A DNA stretch of 64,000 nt from the human T2T-CHM13v2.0 reference genome, Homo sapiens: assembly GCF_009914755.1 (NCBI RefSeq), contig NC_060932.1, one strand, 5' to 3'. A program made the position numbers and the translations under genes. Positions 11,169 to 30,009 of the stretch are shown in pieces (the first letter of the stretch is position 1; each line of letters starts with the position of its first letter). The notes below the pieces were generated by a model that saw only the letters and a program-made list of their open reading frames with translations, was not told where the DNA came from and ran no database searches.

Positions 11169-12393
11169 AATATTATTTCTTTAATTTATAATGAAATCTC
11201 ATGTCTTACTCTTTGTGGTGTTCCAAAAATACTCTCCTTGAAATATTCCGACGTATATGATAAATTAATCTAAAGGGAGGATGAAGCTAGAAAACTAGGC
11301 ATATATAGATGATTAAAAATTAGCTGAGTTAGGAAATGAGCTCAGAACCTTTCAGAGATCAAACCCAGGGTGCTGTGCCTCATTTAAAGAATGAGGAGTC
11401 ACTTGATTCTAATATTCTGACTATGCAAGTGTGTGGAGTTTCCAAAAACTATTTTAAACAAAGCACATTGCTGGGAAACTACTAGTTTTACTAACAGGCA
11501 ACCACTTCTAACATCCATTATGCTAAATAGCAAATATCCTATTGTTGAGGAATCATACAGGTTGTGGAAATGATTGGGGTAACAACCTCTAAAGTGTGGA
11601 CTTTCTGATTAAATGCTAGCTGACCATGCCAGGAGAAGGATTTTCTAATTAGGCCAATTAGATGTCCTCAGGTTCAAATAAATGTACACACACTTATTTC
11701 ACATGGCCAATAACATCAAATTACATACTAATGTAAATTGGAAACATCATAAAATTATGTCCTCAAATTTTTTTAAATAATAAATTTAGACAATCAGAAC
11801 AGCCTTAGAAAATCCACACTAGATTTCCACTGGATATACATGTATTGTACATACATCAGATATATAGAATTTACAAATAAAGAATTGATTCTTCTTAATT
11901 GTCCCTCCTAAGTTAAATGGCAAACTAGTATAAACCTAGAATAGTAGAAACATGGAAAATAGTTGTCTTCTCCCATGTTCCCAGATGCCAGTGGTTCTCA
12001 AAAATATAACAAAAAATATTTGTGTCAAATATAAGATGCTGTTTTACAAAAATGTTGTAAGAAGGGTTGTCCACAGGAGTAGACTTACCGAATGTGTTTT
12101 TCAAAAATTGTTTCTCGTAAAACTAATGTGGCTAAAATTTGTGAAGGTTTACTTATTCCAGATACTATTCTATGAGCTTTTTTATATGCATTAATTTATT
12201 CATCCCTCAAAATAATTCCATAAATTAGACAATATTATTAGCCTTTGTGCAGATAAGGCAGATAACTATTAAGTAACTTGCCAAAGGTCAAACAGCTAGA
12301 ACATTAATTAAATAGCATTAAAGCATAGGCATTTGGCTCTGGAGTTCATCTTTTCAGCTAGTACAATATAGTGACTCTGTCATGGTGTGTAGC

Positions 12394-12476
12394 CAAGGCT
12401 GGCTTCCTGGACATATGACCTGTGCAGTCTCATAGGTTCCCATGCTTAGAAGGGAACTCTTCTTGGTTTAATACTC
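12394..12476 (+). mobile_element. MER45A-like hAT DNA transposon fragment
   Basis: GGCTGGCTTC...GACCTGTGCAGTC...CTTAGAAGGG...CTTGGTTTAATACTC resembles the recalled MER45A 5' part. Confidence 0.55.
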
Positions 12477-12641
12477 ACATTGCTTAGTTCATACTTAGTT
12501 AATAACATCCATACCTGCATCATAGTCACACTGTTCTTGAGTCCATTAAGCAAGGGTGTGGGAGATTGTGGAAGGAGGCTGGCTATCAACAGAATAGTCA
12601 TGTTGTTCATATGCTTTGTATGATCCTGCTGTGAACCGGAA

Positions 12642-13130
12642 TATTTTCTAGCTATTAATGCTGCATAACAATCTGCCCTAAAATTCAGTAGCATGAAACA
12701 AATCTTATTTTAACTAATATTTTGCCCCTGTCTCATTTCCTGATTTCTGGGACTTTGCTTGGAGACCCAATGCCTGGGGATGATGTTATAGCCAGGAGCA
12801 GGTATAATATGGATGTGTCTTTACTTGTGTATCTGGTGATTCATGCTAGATGTCCGCTGGAAATTCAGCTGAGGTCACTGAAGAAAGCACTTATGAATGG
12901 TCTCTCACTGTAGCCTGGGCTTCCTCAAAGCATACTGGCTTCAGAGTATTTACCCTTCTTATATCTCACTTCTTACAGACTTCTAACATAAGTGAGTGCT
13001 CCAAGACAGCCAGGCAAAAACAGCTGAACTTTAAAAACATAGCTTCAGAAGTCACTAAGATTTATTTCTGCTGTACGCTATTGTTTGGGAGCAGTGACCA
13101 GCTAGCCCAAATTTAAAGGGAAAAGGCAAA
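12642..13130 (-). mobile_element. Old MLT1 MaLR LTR, interrupted by the L1PA
   Basis: GCTGCATAACAA...CTAAAATTCAGTAGC...GGGCTTCCTCA...CAGAAGTCAC motifs. Confidence 0.6.
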
Positions 13131-13356
13131 GGTCCTACTTCTTTTTTTTTTTTTTTTAATTATACTTTAAGTTTTAGGGTACATGTGCACATTGTGCAGG
13201 TTAGTTACATATGTATACATGTGCCATGGTGGTGCGCTGCACCCACTAACTCGTCATCTAGCATTAGGTATATCTCCCGATGCTATCCCTCCCCCCTCCC
13301 CCCACCCCACAACAGTCCCCAGAGTGTGATATTCCCCTTCCTGTGTCCATGTGATT

Positions 13357-17176
<3,820 letters not shown>

Positions 17177-17215
17177 TCATTAGTTGATGCAGTTTCTTCC
17201 TAGTCTCAATGGTCT

Positions 17216-18232
17216 TTACATTTTGGCATGATTTTGCAGCGGCTGGTGCCGGTTGTTCCTTTCCATGTTTAGTGCTTCCTTCAGGAGCTCTTGTAAGGCA
17301 GGCCTGGAGGTGACAAAATCTCTCAGCATTTGCTTGTCTGTAAAGTATTTTATTTCTCCTTCACTTATGAAGCTTCGTTTGGCTGGATATGAAATTCTGG
17401 GTTGAAAATTCTTGTCTTTAAGAATGTTGAATATTGGCCCCCACTCTCTTCTGGCTTGTAGGGTTTCTGCCGAGAGATCCGCTGTTAGTCTGATGGGCTT
17501 CCCTTTCAGGGTAACCCGACCATTCTCTCTGGCTGCCCTTAACATTTTTTCCTTCATTTCAACTTTGGTGAATCTGACAATTATGTGTCTTGGAGTTGCT
17601 CTTCTCGAGGAGTATCTTTGTGGCGTTCTCTGTATTTCCTGAGTCTGAACATTGGCCTGCCTTACTAGATTGGGGAAGTTCTCCTGGATAATATCCTTCA
17701 GAGTGTTTTCCAACTTTGTTCCATTCTCCCCATCACTTTCAGGTACACCAATCAGACGTAGATTTGGTCTTTTCACATAGTCCCATATTTCTTGGAGGCT
17801 TTGCTCATTTCTTTTTATTCTTTTTTCTCTAAACTTCCCTTCTCGCTTTATTTCATTCATTTCATCTTACATTGCTGATACCCTTTCTTCCAGTTGATTG
17901 CATCGGCTCCTGAGGCTTCTGCATTCTTCACGTAGTTCTCGAGCCTTGGTTTTCAGCTCCATCAGCTCCTTTAAGCACTTCTCTGTATTGTTTATTCTAG
18001 TTATACATTCTTCTAAATTTTTTTCAAAGTTTTCAACTTCTTTGCCTTTGGTTTGAATGTCCTCCCATAGCTCAGAGTAATTTGATCGTCTGAAGCCTTC
18101 TTCTCTCAGCTCGCCAAAGTCATTCTCCATCCAGCTTTGTTCCGTTGCTGGGGAGGAACTGCGTTCCTTTGGAGGAGGAGAGGCACTCTGCTTTTTAGAG
18201 TTTCCCGTTTTTCTGTTCTGTTTTTTCCCCAT
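17216..18232 (-). pseudogene. L1 ORF1p, broken by a premature stop after residue 121
   Basis: ORFs 17867-18232 (MGKKQNRKTGNSK...) and 17216-17860 (...NHAKM) are in frame across a TAA. Confidence 0.95.
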
Positions 18233-19139
18233 CTTTGTGGTTTTATCTACTTTTGGTCTTTGATGATGGTGATGTACAGATGGGTGTTTGGTGTGGAAGT
18301 CCTTTCTGTTTGTTAGTTTTCCTTCTAACAGGGAGGACCCTCAGCTGCAGGTCTGTTGGAATACCCTGCCGTGTGAGGTGTCAGTGTGCCGCTGCTGGGA
18401 GGGTGCCTCCCAGTTAGGCTGCTCGGGGGTCAGGGGTCAGGGACCCACTTGAGGAGGCAGTCTGCCCGTTCTCAGATCTCCAGCTGCGTGCTGGGAGAAC
18501 CACTGCTCTCTTCAAAGCTGTCAGACAGGGACATTTAAGTCTGCAGAGGTTACTGCTGTCTTTTTGTTTGTCTGTGCCCTGCCCCCAGAGGTGGAGCCTA
18601 CAGAGGCAGGCAGGCCTCCTTGAGGTGTGGTGGGCTCCACCCAGTTCGAGCTTCCAGGCTGCTTTGTTTACCTAATCAAGCCTGGGCGATGGCGGGCGCC
18701 CCTCCCCCAGCCTTGGTGCCGCCTTGCAGTTTGATCTCAGACTGCTCTGCTAGCAATCAGCAAGACTCTGTGGGCGTAGTACCCTCCGAGCCAGGTGCGG
18801 GATATTATCTCGTGGTGCACCGTTTTTTAAGCCCGTCGGAAAAGTGCGGTATTCCGGGTGGGAGTGACCCGATTTTCCAGGTGCCATCCGTCACGCCTTT
18901 CTTTGACTCAGAAAGGGAACTCCCTGACCCCTTGCGCTTCCCAAGTGAGGCAATGCCTCCCCTGCTTCGGCTCGTGCATGGTGCGCGCACCCACTGACCT
19001 GCGCCCATTGTCTGGCCCTCCCTAGTGAGATGAACCCGGTACCTCAGATGGAAATGCTGAAATCACCTGTCTTCTGTGTCGCTCACGCTGGGAGCTGTAG
19101 ACCGGAGCTGTTCCTATTCGGCCATCTTGGCTCCTCCCG
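18233..19139 (-). promoter_or_regulatory. L1 5'UTR with internal sense promoter and antisense promoter
   Basis: 907-bp CpG-rich UTR; YY1 site AAGATGGCC intact (GGCCATCTT 19120-19128). Promoter activity inferred from the family, not shown. Confidence 0.75.
18689..18997 (+). pseudogene. L1 antisense ORF0, frameshifted and extended to 102 aa
   Basis: MAGAPPPALVPPCSLISDCSASNQQDSVGV... matches the recalled ORF0 N-terminus and diverges after ...SEKCGI. Confidence 0.75.
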
Positions 19140-19292
19140 GGTCCTATTTCTTAATAGAAGCAGGTAAGTATCTATTTCCTATAAACTCAGAAAAAGAAGG
19201 ACTATCTATCCATGACATGTGTTGAAAAGTTTCTATATATTTGCTATGGATCTATTTGCAGTAAACGTGTCTGTACAAAGATTGTGATGTAA

Positions 19293-19603
<311 letters not shown>

Positions 19604-19639
19604 AACACAGACTTTTCCATAGGATCATAGCTGACGTTC

Positions 19640-19692
19640 AAAACTTAGCACAGCACTCGACACCTAATGGGTGCTGAATAAATATTTGCTGT
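19640..19692 (+). mobile_element. L2 3' end
   Basis: CTTAGCACAGCAC...GGTGCTGAATAAATATTTG. Confidence 0.55.
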
Positions 19693-22600
19693 GGTTGGAA
19701 TAGCATCTGCATTATCATTATCGTCCTGAACAGTCATAAAGGAATAATACGAGGGGAGTTATATCTTGCATATGGGTTATAAAGGTAATTAGAGGATCAG
19801 AAAATGTAAGGTTGATTAGCAGAGATCTTTCCAGTAATAATAGCTTTAAATAAAATCACAGGAAATAGATAGTAATAGAGGAAATTGTTCTCTGAGATAT
19901 TATACTGGAAATTGTAGTCAAGTGATGAGAAAATTATGGATTTATTAAACAATTATCTGACTTGTTTACAAAAGGCAAAAGAGAAATGACTTTTACTGGA
20001 TACAATTTCAGTTAATTCTATTTCTCAATGTAGGCAGATACAAAATACAAAATCTAAAAGCATCTTAGTAGGAGAAATGTTTATTATATGAGTTACAAAA
20101 CTTGGATTTTCTGTCTGTTGTTTTAAATATTATAAATTAAATTAAACTCTCACAAAACTGAATTTAAAACTCAGTTTCTTCAAGAATTCTTATGCATCCT
20201 TTTATAAACATTTTTGATTGTGTTACTTATGTCAAATTGGCAAAGGAAAAAGTTGAGACAAGTCTTTCAATTAAACATACAATCCAATTGACCAGGCTGT
20301 GATGGTCATTCCAGAAGCTACTATTGAGACATAATATTATGGTAATACTTCTAGGCATCTTTATAGCTTAACAACAAGTAACACATAATTTCTATATTGC
20401 CCAACTCTCAATTTTACTTTCCATGAGATACTATTCCTATTCTGAGTAATAAAAGGCAACTGAATTTTCTTTTCCAAATATATATAACATTCAAAGAAAA
20501 ACACAAACTTATTCTTCAGGCATAATCATTTTGTCAGAAGTTAAAAGCGGAAGCACATCAGAATGTAGTAATTAAATTAGAGAACTTAGGAAAAAATGAC
20601 TTTTTTCCTTTTTTATATTCTTATGGATTGTTTGTGATATATAATGCGCACAGTTCTGGGTATTATGGACACCACCATCGGTAACGTCCAGCCCTGACTT
20701 TACAATATTCTGTGAAAACAAAGAAATCAATGGTTAGAATAAACTGAGAGGTGGATGATACAGTTTGGTAATAATTCTAGACCACATAGGAGGGGCATCT
20801 TAACCAGACAGTGGGATTTAAAGAAAGCTTCCTAGAGTAGGTCAATTTGTGCTGAGACATAATTAATGTAGAAAAGGACTTTTTTGCTAACTGGTTCTGT
20901 GTTTTAGGGTTCAGAACTTTTTTAAAAAAATTATGAAGATTCATAAATGACTACAGAGCATTTTTTATGGAGCTACTATAGATAATATATGTAACCACTG
21001 AAGTAGAAATTTTGAACAACAAAAAAGAATGCAAAATTTAGCGTATGACATCTGCTTCTTCAATTTAAATCAGGTCTCCTTGACAAAAGCTTTAAACTGA
21101 ATAGCACGTTTGATCCCCAAATCTTTGCTGGTTTCAGTTCTGTGTGTTAAAAAGCTCATAGGGTATTGGATCTAAAGAGAATTGCATGGAAAATTTTTAA
21201 ACATTTAGGTATTTTTTTCTGATTTTAATAGCAATGCATGATAATCACCTAAAATTTGTAACATACTAATACAACACAAACAGCATACAAGAAAATGGTA
21301 CTTAGACTATTCCCATAATGACTAACCATTGTATTTGGTTAAAAATATATGCCGTGCAATTTTTCAAAAAATTTAAAATTTCAAATTCCCAGACTCCCAA
21401 TATTTTATCAGTCTAATCTTATCTCACCAACTAATGGAGAAAAGGATCTACATTTCCCTTTATTCCTGAGGCCACATCAACCTGTTAGTACAGATAACAC
21501 CTCCTTTGCCTTAATATCCTAATTATTTTGGCAGGTTAGTCCTTCCAAGACACAGGTTATCAGGCCAATTTAGGAGAGTCTCCCAATTTTCCTGATCTTG
21601 GCTGCACAGAATTCTCACACATTTATCTGCTCCAGCTTCTTTATGTAAACACACTCTACATACTCTGTGCCCCAGTCTCTGCAGTAGATACCTCCATAGA
21701 TATGGCCTTTTTTCCAATGCAACAGCCATTGCTTTGATTCTAGTTTATATCTATAGCATGAACTGCCAATGTATTCTATAGAGAAATAAGGTTATTGCTT
21801 CTTTTCCAGTCAATGTTGAACCTTGTCATCATAACCTCAGTGTAGCTTAATATATATGAGGCTCTTCATTAAATAAAGAACCTTTTAATCTGGGTGCATA
21901 TTTTCTTTCATATTTTCTTTCCATAGATGTGGAAAGAGGAACTATAATACAATTTCCTGCTTCACCTTTCATCTTTGCTTGAGGTTCTTCTCCATAAACC
22001 TTTTCCCGCCTCTGTCAGCCCCAGAAACACCAAGGAAAACTCATCTGCAAATGCAATAAAAAATTACATGCATGCACATGTAAAGAAGAGAGAAGAATGT
22101 TCCTCTTCCAACCCAAACCCTGTTTAGGCTCAGCCTCAACAGCATGCTAAGCACAGAAAGAAAGATTTCTAAAACAACGCAAGTATGTGATAATAAATGG
22201 GTAGAAAGCCATCAAAAACTCAACAAAAATCTTCTAATGTTTTAAATTCTGAAATTGTTGGAAGCACTTTTATTAAACATCAAAAAGAGGAGATGACAAA
22301 GCAGGCTGCCTTTTCAAAAATAAGAAGTTGCACTGTGGTTTTTATACCATGTGTAAAAACCAAACATTGTTCTAGGTCTGAAAACTAAGGGAGTTCATTG
22401 TCAGTTCAGGTACATGTAAATAAAGTAACATAAGTACAATTTCTAAATTATTTCTAGTTTCTACATATATGTGTTTTATGAATTTCCATAGTTATCTAAC
22501 ACATACTTCACCAATCATCTACATTTAACAGCATACAATAAAGTTAGGTAACAAATAAATTTACCCAGAAGTCAAAAATAATTCACAGAAAAAAGAGTCT

Positions 22601-22859
22601 TATTTTTTGATTAAATGACGAGGAATCACAACATAAAAGCTTTTCAATTATGAAGGGGATCAAATTATAATAAAATTTTAATTTGGTTTAAGACCTAATT
22701 AATTAAGCTGGGATTCTTTATTTAAACAACTAGGTTATAAATTCAGTTTAAGGGTAAAAATAAGATATTTTACCTACAGTACTTAGATGACTCAAGTAGA
22801 TTGTTACATAGTATTTGTTTGTTCAGCTTTGTTCTGTTTACCACAGGACACTCTGTCCA

Positions 22860-24450
22860 GTAACTATGGCCTTGATTCTCCATAAGGGTTTGGGTTAGGA
22901 ATGAACCCTCTCACCAAATATAGAGTTGAAAGGAGAGTGGCTTCTCCTACTATAATATCTAATGAACAGGAATTGTTCTTTGTGTCCTCCTAACTCTGGA
23001 TTCTGCTTGAGTTAGAGTTTCAGTACTCAGAGGGGAAACATTCCCAACAAAGGGGCCAAGAACCAGTATATTAGAAATTGAGATCATCCCTGTCCACTTA
23101 ATGCTTATTGGACCATTCAAAACATAACAAAGAAAATAAAAAGCAAAAGAGCTACAGTTTTGGCAGGCATATGGCTCTAAATTTCATGAAGAAATCGAGC
23201 GACTGCTACAAAATAGAACAAAAATAGTAAGAAACCAGTGAAGTTGTAATCCCACAGATGTAAAATCCTCAAGGACTTGGATCTCTCAGGAAAGATTAGA
23301 TCAATCTACAACGTTAAAAACAAAAACAAACACAAAAACAAAACAAAAAACACCAAAGCATCTGAGATGGAGCCAAGACTAAAAGGAATATGGAAAGTGA
23401 TCAAGAAAGTGAATAATAAGTAGATATAATGCCTCAAAATCAATTGCAAACTTGAGAAATGCAATATTTACTCATTTATTCCTATGTTGAATACATGTTT
23501 GGTATACATTAACTATTTTACATGTATTTGTATATGTTAGCTATTTTTTCTTTTTGTACTGCTAATCTCTTGCTATATTCTATAATATGTGTGAATGATG
23601 GTTAATTGTGTAGTAGTAGTCCACAGATTGCAGAATATTGATACAGAATTAAGAGAGAATTACAGGAAGAAGAGATGTCACACAGAGATTATAGGCTTTG
23701 AGTTCAATAAGAAATTTCATAAGCTGTGGGTTCTTCCCATTTGCGGATAGAATTACGTTTTTAATAACAGAAGAGACTGTTGTGTGGGGCAGAGGTATTA
23801 TTGTTGCTCTTGTGACTGTTTATTGTGAATTAGAATTTTGAGTATGGAATAAAAGCATATACTGATGTTATGTAGCTGATATAATAGACCATAAATTTAT
23901 TTTAATACATTTGACTGTCTATAATCCTGAAGAACTCTGTGTATGTTTGAGAAGTTTCTAGATTTCATTACTTTCTGCCTCCCTATGTTTGAAGTCAGAA
24001 ATATACTTTCCTTTCCTTTCTTTCAGGCTCCTGCTCTGAAACTCTATTAATCTGAACCATTTATAGCAACATCAAAAGAGATGCAAGAAATCAAATAAGT
24101 AGGCTTGTAGTTGAATGTCCTGTGATGAATGTGATGTCAAATCCAGCTGCTCAGAAGTAGGAGTGTCAGAGGTTTTAGGAAGAGTATCTCGTAGGCCGAC
24201 TTGATATCCATGAACAGTGATGATTGTGCAGGGATCTTCTTGAAAGAGACCATCTGCTCTAGATTGGACAAGTTTCCTAGCTATGTAACTTCCTACTCTG
24301 GTCATTGGCCTTTTGGGAAATTCTAACAGCTATCAAATATCCTTTCCTATGTTTTTTTTTTTTTTTCAGCTAAAATTAGTTACTGATGTTCTCGCCTGTT
24401 TTATTATGGACAACAGTCATTATTGGTTGTGTTTAGAAAATCTCTGATTA
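22860..24450 (+). mobile_element. Very old ERVL/MaLR internal 3' region plus degenerate LTR
   Basis: Degenerate motifs (TTAGAG...CAGAGGGGAAACATTCCCA) resembling ERVL/MLT-int; boundaries approximate. Confidence 0.4.
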
Positions 24451-26832
24451 GAGCTCTGCAGATGGTCCCAAAGTAAGACAGCACAATGCTATATCTCATT
24501 TCTTAAATGAGGAATGTATAAAAACTGGAAACAAAATAAAAGAATCCATTATTTCCTCTTCTTCTATAGCAGTAAACATAAAATATACATTAATATCTCA
24601 AGAAGTAATCATTCCTATGAATGGAAGCCTTCATGTAATCAAAGAGGGAGTCTAATTTAAACCTAATCCCAAATCACCCCACTTAATTTTAAATAAAATG
24701 TGTAAATGGCAATATTTTTAGAAAAAATGGAAAGAAATTAAAAAAATGTGTTTAAAAGCCGTATGAATCCTGAATGGCACTCTTTTCAAGACATGAAGTA
24801 ATTTTAGATTTGAATGGCTGCTGTTGCAAGGCAAAAGCCGCTAAGAAAACAACTTAGGGACGAAAAAAAAAATCCCTTCTTACAAAAGAAGAAGGAGGGA
24901 GAGAAAAAGGAGAAGAGTACCTGCAGCAATTCAACATAATTAGGTCTAGACAGTAATGCAGAACAAAGGTCTTAGAGTCTGAAAAAAATAAGTGTTGAAA
25001 AGAAACATAGGGAAAGATGGAGTGAAGTTGCATGGTTCCAGAGTTGCAAAGTGTGCCAATTTGTGGTATTTCTTCTGTTGGAACGGGTGTGTCAAATGTG
25101 ATCTGTAGCTGTAAACAGGTATCCCGATAAGGATGCACCACCTTCCTGCTCTGCAAGGGACCCAGTATGGACACTCTTTCAGTGGCTGGGTAACTCACGG
25201 AGACAATTAGCTTCCAGAAATTAAGATGTACGTACTTAGTAAATTTCCTCATACAGAAATTTCCCACAAGAGTCAGGGCTAAAAGATGGGCAGACCATGA
25301 GATTTAGAGATAATTTGGATTAATCAACAAATAAGAATCTGGGCTACATTTGCCTTGCATTCTGTATTTGGATCAGATTGTAGAGCTGTGCTAGGATATA
25401 AGATGTTTCTGAGAAGACTCCTCCTGTTTTCTGAGTCAAAGGCAGTTCCCTAACAAAAATCCACCTCATGTCATTCAGTTTTCTTAAGGAATGTTAGGCT
25501 TTCAAAATACAAATCCAGACATCTATGCCTAAATCCCCTTTTTTTCCCTTGAAAATCTTGCCGCACCAGCTCCAAAGGTCTAAGAAGATTTAAGAGGATG
25601 AAGTGTTTGATTTTTTAAAAAATGAGTCACCTCTCTTGTCTATTAAAATGCAACAACATTTTTAAAAAGAAAATTCTATTCTTCATGATTTTATGTGATA
25701 TTATAGAGATTTTAATTTGCTTTTAAAGTATTTAAGTATTTGATTCCTTAAAACCTCTCTAAAGCTGCAAAATCGTACATTAGCATGGAGAAACATTTAA
25801 AGCAGTTTCATTTTCAATTTATATTCATATATGCAAGTATATCTAAAGTAAATCTTTCAGCAGGATTTTGAGCTATTCTAGCAGTGCGGAGAAAAAACTC
25901 TTTCTGAGTTAGTGGAGTTTCTTATTACATAGAAAGTAGCATATTATTTCAGTATTGTGAATTAGAAAAAATCCTGGACCCCCCTCAAAATTATTCACTA
26001 TAGTGAAATTTAGAAACATGTGGTTTCAAGATAGAACCAGCAATCTTATGGAGGCAACAATTGAAAACAAATAATTTTAAAATCCTCTATTATTTTAATC
26101 CTCACCAAGAATATATTTAATAAACTCTTGATCTATATGAGGCTCCATCTTAGATACCTTAGAAGAAATCAAAACGTCATTATTTCCACATCTAGGAAGA
26201 ATATGAAATGAAATGGGCGCACAAATAAAAATACATGTTTGAGTGTGGAGTAAGCGAGTTAACATGTGGTGTCACAAAGAAAGTTTTGCCTGAGGTAGCA
26301 GAGGCTTCATGGAAATATCAGCATTTTATCTCTGCCAGAAGATGGTACATAGATGATTGATAGATAAGAGAGACCAGCTGTGTGTGTGCATGGGAGAAAG
26401 AGACAGAGAGATAGAAAGAGAGAGATATACAGAAAGGAAGATTTTGAAAATGATGAAAGATTGGAAAATACCCTCAAAATATTTGATGTAATCTGTACAT
26501 AATCCTTTTCATTCTATCAGGATAGAAAAAGGTTTTGGTTTAGAAAATCTATGGGTTGAACATGGAGTAGTATTCAGAGAGACAAACAGAAACAATCAGA
26601 TTTATTACAAATTTACATAAGTAGTATTTGAATATATGAATTTACAATAAGGAATATTTATTTTGTTCCTCCGATAGAAACCTTGCAGAATTATGAAAGC
26701 TATTCTCCAATGTGTAGTTAGAGAATGATTTCAAAACTATATATACAAACTTAAATGGCCTATGTGTTCAATTAAAATAATTGAATAGTTTGTTCTTTAT
26801 CATTCCAATTGATCAAAATAGAAAAATATCTT

Positions 26833-26933
26833 GCCAGCTGTGGTGGCTAACGCCTGTAATCCCAACACTTTGGGAGGCCCAGGTGGGCAGATCACCTGAG
26901 GTCAGGAGTTCAAGAGCAGCCTGACCAAAAAAA
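26833..26933 (+). mobile_element. 3'-truncated Alu (first about 95 nt) with A run and TSD
   Basis: Alu 5' sequence stops at CCTGACCAA; TSD AAAATAGAAAAATAT (26815-26829, 26934-26948). Confidence 0.85.
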
Positions 26934-26964
26934 AAAATAGAAAAATATAAAAATATATTGCAGA

Positions 26965-27482
<518 letters not shown>

Positions 27483-28638
27483 CTAAGAGAAATATTAACA
27501 AAGGGAAAAACTTCTGAATACAAAACTTAATATACCTTAAAGATATTTTCACTGAATTTTAAACATTTGCAATTCACAACCTATTTTTAATGTTAACATA
27601 ATTAATGATATTTTATACAGTAAACTGAAGCTTTTTGATGATTATTTCAGAAGATAATATTGGACTGTCTGGTTCATAATTAATTCTTGTACTGGCTTTT
27701 AAAAATATTCTTTCATTCAGGTAAGTGGCACTGTTAAATATATAATTAAAGTAGCAAAGAAATCTTGGCTGATTAAGGAAATAAACCTACTGTTTATGAG
27801 TTAACCTACATATTTAGAGCAAAAATATGGTTAGTTTACTATATTTAATTGAGATTCCATATATAGCAAAGGAGCAAAAGTAGAAGCAAAAGGAAGCTAA
27901 ATGCCACAGGAGAATTAAGTAGTGTCATCATTGTAAATAAGTGGCTATCATAATATATTTAATAATAGATTTGAAAGAAAATATATGCTGTTCATTTGGA
28001 AAATTTCGTCAGCTAAAAATTAAACACAAGCTATATTTATCACTTAATTTTACTCTCTTTTATATGTTCTGCAGTGCACGTCTGTTATATTTTCAGTTAA
28101 GCTGAGCGGCTCTTGACAGAAAATCTCCCATTACTAGATTTATAGTCTTTTATTATATTCTTGAAAAACTAAGAAACCCTCTCCATAACACCCTCCATTC
28201 CATCAAATTTAATAGAGGCAGATAGATAGATAGAGATGTGAGATATATAAATAGATAGTTTCAGTTTAAATTTATGTATAACGGACATAAAGAACAATGA
28301 AATTATAATGAAATACTTTATGATTTCCTTATAGTTAATTTAGTTGTCTGTAGTTTAGTGGTTGTTTCATAAAAGACGTAAATAATTGAATATCCACCTA
28401 TACTACAGACAAATCAGATTTCTTAAAAAAATTCTGTAGATTTAAAATTTAGAAACTATGCTTCATATAAAGGCTACTTTGGACAGAAATTTGTTTATAT
28501 ATCTACAACTACATAAATATACACATACACATGAACACACATATTTATTCCATTTTCCAATCCCATTCTCCTTCATCCCTCCCAAGAGGCAATAACTTCT
28601 GATAATCTCTATGTGTAATATTAGTACATGTTTCATAT

Positions 28639-29024
28639 TGTTTGCAGAAGAGAAAGAAGCACTAAATGTGAGGGTGATCAGTCCGAAGCACTTATTAGGG
28701 GAATGTACTTACAGAGTGCTACAGCTTATCCTCCCAACGGACTGCGAAAAAGAAAAAAGTGCTACCTAGGTGTGACCACAGCAAGGGATCAGGGTATTCA
28801 GTTTATAGGGGGTGGTTAAGAAATTTTGCTCAGAGCTGGGGTTAGTTTCAGTGTTTGGGGCAACAATCTAAACATCTTTACCAGTACCTGGAACCATTCA
28901 AACCACTGGCTTGGATGCAAACCTGTAGTGAAAAGCACAGCTGGCCCAGTCACAGAGCAGTTAAAGCATTCTGTATTTCTCATTTAGGACAGTAGCAAAA
29001 GTGGAAGAACCTGGGAACCCCACA
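28639..29024 (-). mobile_element. Old ERV-type solo LTR (family uncertain, MER66/73/87-like)
   Basis: TG...CA ends; GC-richer than flanks; minus strand starts TGTGGGGTTCCCAGG...CTCTGTGACTGGGCCAGCTG. Confidence 0.5.
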
Positions 29025-29029
29025 TTTTA

Positions 29030-29770
29030 TTATTTCTTTCAGAGATAAATTGTGGGTTATAAATAGTCAGACTTTCTCTGATTTTTTAAAAAATATTTTC
29101 TTAAATATTAGTTTAGCTAAGCACACTTTGGCTAATTATTGAATATGTCATTCTATCACCTTCTTACATTTACTATTATTGATGAGAAGCATTCTGGGAC
29201 TCTAATTACCATTCTTTTTATATATGCCATTGTAATATATCTCTTTAATACTTTCTATTTGTCTTTCAGGTATGAAATTTATCTATAATATATCTAGATA
29301 TATTTTTAACATGCTTCCTTAATCTTAAAACATATCTTCCTTTGAGATATGATTATTACCTTTGTCTTTTTATTCTCTCCTTGTAGAATTCTTATTTGCT
29401 GTATGTTAGATACTTTAATTCCATATTCCAAGTCTCTTAACTACATTTTATAATATGATATGTATTTTTATCTGTCTATGATGCATTTGCATGATCTTTC
29501 ATTCACCAATTCTATTTTAAGCTGTATTTTATCACATTTTAATCAAACATCTTTTTAAAATTTTATTAACAACCTCTTATTACTTGTTTTCATTTCAAGT
29601 TCACCTAATGTTTTTGGTGATTTTCTTTCATCATTGTTCTCGTGTCACATTCAATTTTTAATCATTTTAAATATCATTATTTTAAAATTTTATTTCAATT
29701 TTTTTTATTTCTTGGCATACTATCTTATGTCTCATGTATTTTTTTCAGTTTTTCAAATCTCATACTCATT
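29030..29770 (-). mobile_element. Degenerate L1M ORF1 region
   Basis: T-rich antisense L1-like sequence (TTATTGATGAGAAG, TTCTCTCCTTGTAGAATTC). Confidence 0.45.
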
Positions 29771-30009
29771 TATGATTCAGGCATCCTCGGGGGCATGCAA
29801 AGCTTTGATAGTCAAGGCCCAAATAAGTTTTATTACTGGATATAGGAAATGAATTATCTATTTTTCCTCCACCCAATAGCCTGGACTGTAATAAATAATA
29901 CAGTTTCTCTTGTGGGAAATATGGGTTCTGTTAAGAAACAAAAACAATAGAATTCAGGTGGATGAAAATAAAAATGTCCACTTAAATAAAATTTTGTTTG
30001 ATTTCTAGA

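Noticed and set aside
24854-25267. 137-aa ORF in unique-looking DNA
   Set aside because: GTG start, no recognisable homology or exon structure.
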